From NCBI GenBank assembly GCA_042218325.1, contig JBDGRE010000013.1, positions 1-64,000 of the forward strand: 64,000 bases of DNA, given 5' to 3'. The DNA is from Candidatus Nanohaloarchaea archaeon (lineage in GTDB: Archaea; Nanohalarchaeota; Nanosalinia; Nanosalinales; Nanosalinaceae). Position numbers and translations under genes: made by a program. The notes under the pieces are model-generated. The model had not been told where the DNA came from. It made no database searches and saw only the letters and a list, made by a program, of their open reading frames with translations. Positions 1 to 8,918 of the stretch are shown here, one piece after another (within the stretch, counting starts at the first letter, position 1; the number at the start of each line of letters is the position of its first letter).

Positions 1-47
1 GTGGCCGACCATGTAATAGAAGGAGTTCGGGAAGCCAAGAGAAGTTA

Positions 48-61
48 AAAGCCCCGAGAGG
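48..61. repeat. att site, distal copy of the tRNA-Thr 3' end
   Basis: 14/14 match to 17283-17296. Confidence 0.8.
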
Positions 62-94
62 CCCGGATGTCTCAACTGGGGATCGAAGAGATAA

Positions 95-742
95 CTATCC
101 AAAGATTAGCTTCAAGACACCAAACACTATGAAAACAATCGCCAAAATCTGGTATATGATGTTCAGGTAATAGTTGCCCTTTTCTTCATCTTTACCTATC
201 ATATTCTGAATAGTGTTATAGATACCGAGAATTAACTTGAGGGTTCCTCCAAATATACCTATTGAAAGGTACAAGAGTGTATAGTAGAGATTGTATTCTC
301 TGTTGAAAATTATTATATCGTATGATTTTAGCCTATTAACAGTGATTTCAAAGGTAATTTGATCTCTTGCTTGACGGAGGTTTTCTCTACAGGAAGTAAG
401 ATTTTCGTATAATTGGGAGGCGTTTCTTTGACTTTCGGCTAATCTCTCCGAGAGATTTCCTTTAATGTCTCTACAGGATTCTAAATCATTACTCAATCTT
501 TCATTCTCATTTTGACAAGCAGTCAAATCGGAATTACATTCAGATAGATCGGATCTACAAATCTCAAGTTGATCTTGAGTTTCGTTCAAGGTTGCTTGAC
601 AATTTTGATATCTCTCTTTCCAAATGCTATCCTTAACCTGATAACCTCCGATTATTCCTGATCCGAGCATCAAACCTGCCAAACCGAGAATTAGTTTGTA
701 CTCCAGAAGAAAATCAATTATTTGGATATCCCCCAAATCCAT
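95..742 (-). CDS. Membrane protein with Cys-rich coiled coil
   Basis: N-terminal hydrophobic helix, heptad coiled coil with periodic Cys, two C-terminal TM segments. Confidence 0.7.
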   Translation of the reverse strand: MDLGDIQIIDFLLEYKLILGLAGLMLGSGIIGGYQVKDSIWKERYQNCQATLNETQDQLEICRSDLSECNSDLTACQNENERLSNDLESCRDIKGNLSERLAESQRNASQLYENLTSCRENLRQARDQITFEITVNRLKSYDIIIFNREYNLYYTLLYLSIGIFGGTLKLILGIYNTIQNMIGKDEEKGNYYLNIIYQILAIVFIVFGVLKLIFG

Positions 743-847
743 ACGGTAAGGTCTTTTTCTAACTCTTTTGAGTTTGATCCTCTTATCTAACTTGAAGTTC
801 GGATCCGTGACATCCTATATAAGACTGGGGAGCCGGTCTCTGGGACG

Positions 848-2173
848 ATGGCTAATACACCTGACCCGAAAGAGTATTTAGAAAAGAAGTCCAGCGAACT
901 GGACGAAGAAAATCTTCAAGCTCTCGAAGATTTCAGAAATACTTACAAACATAGTGAAGGAACACTTTACACCCACTTGTCTCGACTGTATCGTTTCTTG
1001 GATTTCGCCCCTGACAGTTTTGAGTTATCGAATCCAAAAGAGGAAGAGATATCAGATGCTATTGATAACATAGAGGATGATCCTGAATATGATGCTCGAA
1101 ACAGTCTCCTGAAAGCCTTGAACAAGTTTCTGAATATATACGATGGGGGCAAATACAAAGCTCTTACTGACACATACCAAACGAAGAAAGATGGAGGAGG
1201 TACCAAAGTTGAGAAATATATGATACTGACGGAGGATGAAGTTCAGGAAATAGTTTCACACTGTACCTCAATAAGGGATAAACTCTACATTCGGCTTATG
1301 TACGAAACAGGGAGCACGCCCGGAGAGCTACTTGTGGAGGACAAGGAGTTGGACAAGGAGTACGCACAGGTGAAGGATGTTGACCTTAACGAGGAGACCA
1401 TCTATATCCGAGGCAATAAAGATCACAAGTCACAGACTATGGAACTTCACAACAAGGGACTCCAGTATATGAGAGAGTACCTCCAGATGCATCCCGCTGT
1501 AGATAATATCTATAATACACATTCTGATGCCCCTCTTTTCCTAAAAGAGAGAGCTTTCAGTTGTAAGAACTGTGGTAAGCCGAAACAACCACACGAGGAC
1601 GAAGATCACCCTGACCGCAGTCTTGCTTGTGATAACTATGATCCAAACAGACTTGAAAAAGTAGGCGATGGAGGTATGAGACAGATTTTCAAAAATGCTC
1701 TTGAGAGAAGCTCGATAAATCGTGATATCAAGCAGAAATATATGAGAAAGTCGATCTTGTCAAAACTGGCTACAGAGCTTAAATACGAACAATTATGTAC
1801 TTTTGCGAGATGGGTGCCCGGAAGCTCACAGGCTGAACACTACATTAGACTGGACAATAAGGAGTTGAGAGATGAGATAGCAGGAATTTTCAAGAATAAA
1901 CAAACTGGAGAAAATAAGCAGACAATCACTTGTGGAAACTGTAACTCTCAAAATGACCCTGACAATCTTTCCTGTAAATTCTGTAACCGCCCTCTAAATG
2001 TGGCAAAGTCAGAGAAAATGAAACAGGCAGAAGAGGTAGCAAACCAACTGGCAGATATGAGTGAGGGAGATATGGAAAGATTCGTACAAATAGCACAGAT
2101 GAAAAATGGAGATAGCTCAATTGAAAGTATGGTTGAGGAGATGGTAGAGAAGAAAATATCTGGAGAGGATTAA
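848..2173 (+). CDS. Tyrosine recombinase-family protein with Zn ribbons, degenerate active site
   Basis: RDK..LMYETGSTPGEL box I, KYMRKS box II, RW..GS...HY; CxxC pairs internally and at the C-terminus. Confidence 0.8.
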   Translation: MANTPDPKEYLEKKSSELDEENLQALEDFRNTYKHSEGTLYTHLSRLYRFLDFAPDSFELSNPKEEEISDAIDNIEDDPEYDARNSLLKALNKFLNIYDGGKYKALTDTYQTKKDGGGTKVEKYMILTEDEVQEIVSHCTSIRDKLYIRLMYETGSTPGELLVEDKELDKEYAQVKDVDLNEETIYIRGNKDHKSQTMELHNKGLQYMREYLQMHPAVDNIYNTHSDAPLFLKERAFSCKNCGKPKQPHEDEDHPDRSLACDNYDPNRLEKVGDGGMRQIFKNALERSSINRDIKQKYMRKSILSKLATELKYEQLCTFARWVPGSSQAEHYIRLDNKELRDEIAGIFKNKQTGENKQTITCGNCNSQNDPDNLSCKFCNRPLNVAKSEKMKQAEEVANQLADMSEGDMERFVQIAQMKNGDSSIESMVEEMVEKKISGED

Positions 2174-2769
2174 GTTTCCTCAACAGAAACTATGGTTTGG
2201 GAGTAGTTAAGCTCCTGCTTTAGGGCAGTAGCATAGTCAAGTATTTCCTCGGTTGCGGCTATAGCCTGATTTAGTTCTTCATCCTTTGTCCGAGGAGCAT
2301 CCTTCAATACATACAGGAAATCTTTGTAAAGCATACTTTGAAGATTTGAATCCTCTTTTGATTTCACATAATTCTGGATATGCCATTTAAATACATCTTT
2401 AACTCTTGGATTTCTCTCAAACTCTGATAGATACTTCGAGGGCGCCTCTCTGGATATATCGGCTTTCCTTCCTTTTACTAATTCTTCCTCTTTTGCTTCT
2501 GTTTCTGCTACTTTCTTCTTGACCGATAGTTGCCAGTCTGAAAAGAAATTATCCCAATCTACATAGTAAAGCCTTTTTCGACCGTCTTTTTCGCTTTTGA
2601 CAATTTCTTGTTTTTTTAGTGCTGATAGGGCTGAACTGACATTTCCTTTGTCAATTCCAGTGGCCTCTGAAATACTTGAAGGGTTCCTATTCTCCCCCTT
2701 TGTAATTTCTCTAAACACTCTATAAGGAGTTTTTGGCTCCAGAATTTCGGTTTTTTTATTTAATTCCAT
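2170..2769 (-). CDS. ArsR/wHTH transcriptional regulator
   Basis: PSSISEATGIDKGNVSSALSALKKQEIVKSEKDGRKRLYY winged-HTH pattern. Confidence 0.85.
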   Translation of the reverse strand: MELNKKTEILEPKTPYRVFREITKGENRNPSSISEATGIDKGNVSSALSALKKQEIVKSEKDGRKRLYYVDWDNFFSDWQLSVKKKVAETEAKEEELVKGRKADISREAPSKYLSEFERNPRVKDVFKWHIQNYVKSKEDSNLQSMLYKDFLYVLKDAPRTKDEELNQAIAATEEILDYATALKQELNYSQTIVSVEET

Positions 2770-2771
2770 AC

Positions 2772-2842
2772 ATCAGTATGAGTCATACTTATATTTAAAA
2801 GCCTTTGGTTCTAAATAAGAAATCAGTATGAGCCAAACTGAT
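2772..2842. promoter_or_regulatory. Divergent promoter with two 21-bp palindromic operators
   Basis: ATCAGTATGAGTCATACTTAT (2772-2792) and ATCAGTATGAGCCAAACTGAT (2822-2842) flank TATA-like TATTTAAAA. Confidence 0.75.
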
Positions 2843-2983
2843 AAAACAGATTCAAAAGAAGACCCGGTCAAAATCGTAGAAAAAGCCCTTGAAATACCAG
2901 AAACGATTGTAGAGGAACTTCCTCCAGTTTACAAGCGACAATACAAACGCCTCTGGGACAAGATCAGTGGTGATGAAAAATGA
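2828..2983 (+). CDS. Small 51-aa protein (not in ORF track)
   Basis: ATG at 2828, MSQTDKTDSKEDPVKIVEKALEIPE...GDEK; ATGA overlap with the next gene. Confidence 0.65.
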   Translation: MSQTDKTDSKEDPVKIVEKALEIPETIVEELPPVYKRQYKRLWDKISGDEK

Positions 2984-5235
2984 GTGAAGCTACAAGCAAA
3001 GAACTGGAAGATGGGAAAATATGGATAGAAAACATAAGGAAAGAAAATAATGGTACGAGAGGCGATATAGGGTACAAAGGCTACGATAGAGAAGTAACTG
3101 AAAGAAAAAAGCTCTCTGAAAATGGATTCAAAAGATTCGCAAACCTCGTAGAAGAAGTCGTAGAAGATGTAGATGAAAAAGAGAAAACAGACATTTTCAA
3201 GAACCTATTTCTACTCCGAAACGAAGCAGTAGAACAATCCAATCAGGACAATTCTCTCTTCCAAGAAATCGAGCTTGATCCAGAAATACTTGAGATAGAC
3301 GGACAGGAAATAGCAGTAGAAACTCCTGTCAACATCTTTGTTCAGGAATTAGTGAAAGAGCACAAGAATCTACAACTAACCAAGAGCCAAAGAATGGACA
3401 CAGAGAAGCTATTCAAAATATATAGAGCCACAGACGGAGAAGGCTCCAAACAAAACGATATCTACATCATTACCGATCCAGAGGAAACCATCAGGCTCGG
3501 AAACCAAAGACTACACTTGAAGCCCGTGGATATCAGCAAAGATCCATATAGAGATTACCTCAAAGAGAGATGGAAGGACCTTGACACAGACGGAACTGGC
3601 CTCGGCTTTGACGATTTCATCGATCAGAACCAAGGAAGATATTTGAGAAAAACTTCTGGGCTTCCTCAAGAATCAGAGGAAAAGCTCAAAGAATTAGACA
3701 ACGATGAACTGTGTGATATACTGCTCAAATACTTCCGTGAAAAGGTAGAGCTTGACGAAAAACTGGAACAAGTACTATTCCCTCTCTTCGTGACCCACGA
3801 TAGTACAAAAGTTGACACAGAAGATGTGATGCCATTTGAACCTCACGGCTTCCTTTTCACGAACTCATCTGTCGGAAAATCTACAACAGCCAAAAAGATA
3901 GGATATGTAACCGATGAAGCAACTCCAGCAGGATTAATAGGCTACATATCTGCCGATGAAGGTGTTAAAAGAGGTATAATCCACGGAAGAACCAAGCCAA
4001 TATTTGCTGATGAAATAAACTTCCACGGAGAAACTAAACTCAACGACAATTTACTGGAGCTTCTCGAACAAGGAGAGAATAGACAAGTGAAGGCCGCAAA
4101 AGAAATGAGAACACGATTTTACAGTTCTCTGGTATATATGGGCAATCCCGTAGATGACAGGAGCTTTGCCAATAAACAAGAGCTTGAACCTGTAGAGAGG
4201 TTCCAGATGATGCTTGATTCAGTCGGGAGTAATCTTCAAGCTCTTGGATCAAGACTGGGCTGGATCATCTTCGATCAGGAACTTGACACAGCAGGAGGAA
4301 AAGGCAAGGTCAGACTCAATAGAGAGGAAAGAGAAAAACTCGAAATTGTCACTAATTGGATTAGAAAAGAAGTGTCAGAAGAATACACGAGGATCCACGA
4401 AGAGTTGAGAGAATGGCTCGGACAAAAGTACCCGGAGAGCTACCACGAGAAGATTGACAAGATCGACTTCAACGAAAAGATGGAAAACTTCTGGCAGAAC
4501 CACAAAGAAGCATATAGACACACTCGTGGGCTTGCCTTGAAAGGTGCTGTTCTCAAGAATCTGTCAGATATAATAAACGAGAGCTACAACATCGAAGATA
4601 TCAAGAAAGACGCGGAGGATTGTTTTGAAGATATTCTCGATGTCAACAAAGAGACTATGGCGAAGTTAAACGCAGAAGTGAGCTTTGAACTTGAAAAAGA
4701 ACAGGCAAGAGCCATACTTGAAGATCAAAGGCCTGAATACATCAAACTATTTGTGAAGACAGTGGTAGCTTACGCCAGAGAAAAAGAAATTGAAGAGTAC
4801 ACTTCTGCCAGCGAACTAAAGGCCGTCTGGAGTGATATACGAGAAGACCTTGATGAGGTAAAAGAAGGTTCAAAATATTGGAAATGGAGCAGGATAGAAA
4901 ATAGCGTCAAGGATAATATAGGCAAATCAAATCAGGTCTTGACCGAGAGATACGGCCTGATCTTGAGCAATTCCGAAGATGTACTAATGGTTAAGAGTAA
5001 GGATTTAGGCTTCATCAAGTACAGAAGGTCTGCCAATATCGGAAGTTCTTCTATTTCGGAGGAGAATGGCAGGTACCAAAGGTCACTTGAGTCACAGCAG
5101 GAAGGTGACCGAAGTGACCAACGGAACCAAGCAATCTCTGGTGAAATAGAAGGAGGAAGCGAAGGAACTGATTTGAAGCCAGAAGAAGCGTTGAGAAAGA
5201 GGCTCGAACAGGAAGGTGATGGAGATGGCAATTGA
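2980..5235 (+). CDS. Divergent MCM-family AAA+ helicase (element replication protein)
   Basis: SSVGKST Walker A, TPAGL, FADE Walker B, LLELLEQG..VKA, MGNP, ALGSRL arginine finger, in MCM order. Confidence 0.7.
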   Translation: MSEATSKELEDGKIWIENIRKENNGTRGDIGYKGYDREVTERKKLSENGFKRFANLVEEVVEDVDEKEKTDIFKNLFLLRNEAVEQSNQDNSLFQEIELDPEILEIDGQEIAVETPVNIFVQELVKEHKNLQLTKSQRMDTEKLFKIYRATDGEGSKQNDIYIITDPEETIRLGNQRLHLKPVDISKDPYRDYLKERWKDLDTDGTGLGFDDFIDQNQGRYLRKTSGLPQESEEKLKELDNDELCDILLKYFREKVELDEKLEQVLFPLFVTHDSTKVDTEDVMPFEPHGFLFTNSSVGKSTTAKKIGYVTDEATPAGLIGYISADEGVKRGIIHGRTKPIFADEINFHGETKLNDNLLELLEQGENRQVKAAKEMRTRFYSSLVYMGNPVDDRSFANKQELEPVERFQMMLDSVGSNLQALGSRLGWIIFDQELDTAGGKGKVRLNREEREKLEIVTNWIRKEVSEEYTRIHEELREWLGQKYPESYHEKIDKIDFNEKMENFWQNHKEAYRHTRGLALKGAVLKNLSDIINESYNIEDIKKDAEDCFEDILDVNKETMAKLNAEVSFELEKEQARAILEDQRPEYIKLFVKTVVAYAREKEIEEYTSASELKAVWSDIREDLDEVKEGSKYWKWSRIENSVKDNIGKSNQVLTERYGLILSNSEDVLMVKSKDLGFIKYRRSANIGSSSISEENGRYQRSLESQQEGDRSDQRNQAISGEIEGGSEGTDLKPEEALRKRLEQEGDGDGN

Positions 5236-5851
5236 GAATCCAGAGAGTTTAGAAGACATAGTTGGCCATCAGGACAAGAAACCGACATTTCAGAAGTATA
5301 TTGAAATCGGTGAAATAGTGACAGACCTGATGTTTTCTGGGCCACCCGGAGTAGGTAAATCAGCAATAGCACAAATTCTACAAAAAGAAACTACAAGCGG
5401 TGAAATCAATAGGAGACGGATTGTGTGTGGAGAAACCAAGAATAAAGGGGAAGATAACACCCCTCGAAATGTGAGAGAAAAAATTGGAGACTCGTTGGAT
5501 AAACTGCCGTTAATGAATGATCCTCATAATGTTGTAATACTTGAGGAATTTGATAGCTTCAAGAAAGATGAACAGAAGAAATTCAAGGGCCTATTTGAGA
5601 GGGAAGGAAATGCCAGAATTATCCTCGTTACAAATCATCCAGAGGACATACCTGAACCAGTAAAATCTCGTTTCAAGCAGTTCAGGTTCTCAAATTTGGA
5701 AGATGAGGAAATAAGGGAACTCGCTAAAAGATTTGAAGAAGAAAAAAGTCTCGATGTTGAGGAAAAGACTGTAGAGCTGATAGTTAATAAAGCGGATGGG
5801 GATGCTCGAACAGCAATACAGGAGCTTAAAGAATTGAAGGCTCGTCTGTAA
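5216..5851 (+). CDS. Truncated RFC small-subunit-like AAA+ ATPase
   Basis: PESLEDIVG, GPPGVGKS, ILEEFD, VKSRF, GDARTAIQEL; lacks the C-terminal collar. Confidence 0.8.
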   Translation: MMEMAIENPESLEDIVGHQDKKPTFQKYIEIGEIVTDLMFSGPPGVGKSAIAQILQKETTSGEINRRRIVCGETKNKGEDNTPRNVREKIGDSLDKLPLMNDPHNVVILEEFDSFKKDEQKKFKGLFEREGNARIILVTNHPEDIPEPVKSRFKQFRFSNLEDEEIRELAKRFEEEKSLDVEEKTVELIVNKADGDARTAIQELKELKARL

Positions 5852-5993
5852 GACAATATAAGCTATTCAGAATGTAGAGGGATTTAAGGATCCAGAAGAG
5901 GAAAGTACATAAGATTTGATTACTTCACAATCATTACGGAATAGCGGAAAGCTACGGACATTTTATTTTAAACCGAATATAAAATTGATAATT

Positions 5994-7097
5994 ATGGAAG
6001 CTATGGACAAAAGCGGGTTTTTAGACCTCAAGAACGAGGAGTTTGAGGAAATTGGAGAGTTCACGGAGTTCTTGATAGATCAAAGAGATGTCTCCGAATT
6101 TGACGATACCCTGAAAGTTATCGGCTCAATAACCGATTTTGACAGCCAAGAGGAGTTTGAATCCAGTATAAGGAAAGAGTTTCAGATCAGCAAGAGATAC
6201 GGAAACCTTCTCTTATTGAGAAAAGAGTACTCGGTGAAAGAAGTAGAAAGCTATGTTTTCTTCGACAGAGAGAACAAAGTATCCCTATTCTTCACTCTGG
6301 AGAACAAGACCGACATAATCCCTGACACGATAATCAACTACATAGAAGAAGGAGCCAACATATCGAGCCTCTGGATCAATCCAAGTACTTTAGATGAGAT
6401 ACGAGAGGAAATCGAGAGAGACTACAACAACACCCAGATCACGCAGTTCGTGGCCAAAAGAGAGCTCTACACAGATATTGATTCAAGGTTGAGACCGGGA
6501 CGGAAGAGAACAATCGAATACTACGGAAATGACGCAAAGCAGACTCTAAAAGAAATGAAGCAGATGTACGGAGTTCTGCCAACAGTTTTAGAGTTCAGAC
6601 TGCCGAACAACAACCAGTTCAGAATTGACAGGAAGGGAATATTCACCATAAGAAGAGGGGAATTTGACCTGATATTTGAGATCATTAACAGAGTTCTACA
6701 GAGACTGCTCGACTTGAGAGATGTAGTAAACACCTCTGGATACCAGATAGTGAGAACAGACACCAAGAACAGAAGTTTCGAGGTAGAAAGTAAGGAGCCT
6801 TGGTCTATCCAGTTAAAGAAGAAGATCGAGTACGATGATGTTCCGAAGATCAAAGAGGAAATCGAGGAAGGTGAATGGGGGTTCACCTTTGTTGACAGCG
6901 TGGCTAAAGAAGGCTCGCTGTATCTATCCGCAAGAATCGTAGACACCAGAAAGAACAGGGAAATAGAGATTGTCTCTGACGGCGAAGAAATCAAAGTTTA
7001 CCCGCCAGAGGACGAGGAAATTGGTTCTTCGCTACGGTTCTTCGAGTTCGTACAAGAAACAATTGACCGAAATGCGGAGGCGGTCGAGAGTGTATAA
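5994..7097 (+). CDS. Hypothetical protein, first gene of a two-gene operon
   Basis: Long acidic ORF; ATG at 5994 preferred over upstream TTG; 12 nt from the next gene, which has an AGGAGG RBS. Confidence 0.7.
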   Translation: MEAMDKSGFLDLKNEEFEEIGEFTEFLIDQRDVSEFDDTLKVIGSITDFDSQEEFESSIRKEFQISKRYGNLLLLRKEYSVKEVESYVFFDRENKVSLFFTLENKTDIIPDTIINYIEEGANISSLWINPSTLDEIREEIERDYNNTQITQFVAKRELYTDIDSRLRPGRKRTIEYYGNDAKQTLKEMKQMYGVLPTVLEFRLPNNNQFRIDRKGIFTIRRGEFDLIFEIINRVLQRLLDLRDVVNTSGYQIVRTDTKNRSFEVESKEPWSIQLKKKIEYDDVPKIKEEIEEGEWGFTFVDSVAKEGSLYLSARIVDTRKNREIEIVSDGEEIKVYPPEDEEIGSSLRFFEFVQETIDRNAEAVESV

Positions 7098-7109
7098 GGA
7101 GGGGGATCT

Positions 7110-8189
7110 ATGGAAGAACGAGACGAATATCAGAAACTGAAAGACCAGATCAATACAGACGAACAGAAAGAGTGGTTAGAATCTCTCAAGGAAGAAGAAT
7201 TTGAAGAAGCATTTGATTTCAGAAAGAATGAGATAAAGGAGTCTCTCGAAGATGACGGATTCCATATGGAGATGATACAATCGGTGGCGGCCGCATTTCT
7301 CAAAGGTTCGGACATAAGCGAGGAGACTGGATATAACTTCCTATTTACAGAACCACTTGTGGAGAAGGGAGAAAAGAACTTCGATGTCCTTATCTATAAT
7401 ACAGAATCCAACTCCGCAGTCTTCGTGGAATGTAAGTCCAGTATCAGCGACAGATCGATGAATGGTGTACTGGAAGATACCGAGCAAGCGATTGAAGCGG
7501 TAGAAGAGCACGAAGAATACCTCGAACGGCAGATCGGGGACGATATTGACCACAAAGGATTCGTGCTAATGACAAGTGCGTCAGATATACAGAAACTGAA
7601 AGACAGGGACTGGGAATTTAACGGAGGAGACGATACCTGCCTCTGGTATATCGACATTTTCAAGCAGAAGAAAATCCTTCTGGAGAGAAGCAAAGGAAGT
7701 CACAATCACAAGAAATTAGCCGAGAAGATGAAGAATGGAATCGTTGTTGACGACAGAAGAATCGACATCAAGCTAATCTACAACACGAACAACTACAGAG
7801 CCATAAAGAAAGTCCTGATAGATATTTTGAGAGACAACCAGAAGATGGAGCGGGAAGATCCAAAGGAGTTCGATAAAGAAAGACTCGCAGAAACACTCAC
7901 AGATATGGTGAAAATGGGCACCTCCGATGTAGACGAATTAATGGTTGAGAAGGCTGAAAACTTGGAGGAAATCGCCAAGAAATGCGAGGTTATCAAGGAA
8001 GGAAACGAACTGGACTACAGAATCGTATCAAGCTACTCGAAAGTCAAAGGAATCAGAAAGGACATAGAAAGCAAGCTCATCAACAATATAGCATCTGAAA
8101 GAGCCGAAGAAGACGCCAGAGAAAGAGCAGTAGAGAGATTCAAGAAAGGAGAAGGATCTGGCCAACAAGGTCTCGACTCCTTCAACTAA
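7110..8189 (+). CDS. PD-(D/E)XK nuclease-domain protein
   Basis: TEP....KNFDVLIYN...AVFVECKS motif. Confidence 0.7.
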   Translation: MEERDEYQKLKDQINTDEQKEWLESLKEEEFEEAFDFRKNEIKESLEDDGFHMEMIQSVAAAFLKGSDISEETGYNFLFTEPLVEKGEKNFDVLIYNTESNSAVFVECKSSISDRSMNGVLEDTEQAIEAVEEHEEYLERQIGDDIDHKGFVLMTSASDIQKLKDRDWEFNGGDDTCLWYIDIFKQKKILLERSKGSHNHKKLAEKMKNGIVVDDRRIDIKLIYNTNNYRAIKKVLIDILRDNQKMEREDPKEFDKERLAETLTDMVKMGTSDVDELMVEKAENLEEIAKKCEVIKEGNELDYRIVSSYSKVKGIRKDIESKLINNIASERAEEDARERAVERFKKGEGSGQQGLDSFN

Positions 8190-8229
8190 CATACACTATA
8201 ATTTGATTCATCGAAAAGCAATCTAATAT

Positions 8230-8916
8230 TCAGCTATTTTTATCTATTAATTCAAGTTCGTGGTAGAGTTCGTAGTAAGGGCCTACAAGGAGTCCAGAAG
8301 TGAAGAACCAGATATACTCCTCTATAGGAACTCCTAACCACAACATCCCTGAAAGTTGATCCAATAGGTAAGTCTGTTGGACAAAATCAGGATTATACAG
8401 GAGGAGTATCTGATAACCGACAATCGAGTAAGTAAAGGCTATCAAACCAGTCCCCAGAGACGCCTTAAGCAAATCTCTCCTGTAATAAACGATCAACATA
8501 GCCCCCAAGATGGACGAGATGCTCCAAGAAAGCCAAGACGGAAAACCTGACACAGTATAAGTCACGAAGAAAGAACCCAGAAACAGAGTCAGAACCATTC
8601 TCGTCCTACTCCAACCATCAGAAAACTTATCACTTTCCACTAACTCTTTCTGGAGGAAGAACTCATAACCAGCTATCAGAATACCTCCAATAGCGAAACC
8701 GAATATAAAGTCCTCAACACCGACAATAGTGCCCGTTACTGTCATAGGCCGCCACCAATCCTGCGTCCATAGAAAATATGAAGAACCGATAGACCACAGT
8801 CCTACGAAAACACCGAACTTTCTCATCTGATCCCGAAGATCCGTCCTCTTGTAATAGATTATGCCGTAAATGGCCAGCGTCATCAAACTGCCCAACAGAA
8901 AAGTATACTGATCTAT
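8230..8916 (-). CDS. Lycopene cyclase-domain membrane protein
   Basis: Two repeats ending VGVEDFIFGF and GVPIEEYIWFF; start uncertain (ATA at 8916 behind GGTGA, or TTG at 8895). Confidence 0.7.
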   Translation of the reverse strand: MDQYTFLLGSLMTLAIYGIIYYKRTDLRDQMRKFGVFVGLWSIGSSYFLWTQDWWRPMTVTGTIVGVEDFIFGFAIGGILIAGYEFFLQKELVESDKFSDGWSRTRMVLTLFLGSFFVTYTVSGFPSWLSWSISSILGAMLIVYYRRDLLKASLGTGLIAFTYSIVGYQILLLYNPDFVQQTYLLDQLSGMLWLGVPIEEYIWFFTSGLLVGPYYELYHELELIDKNS

Positions 8917-8918
8917 AC

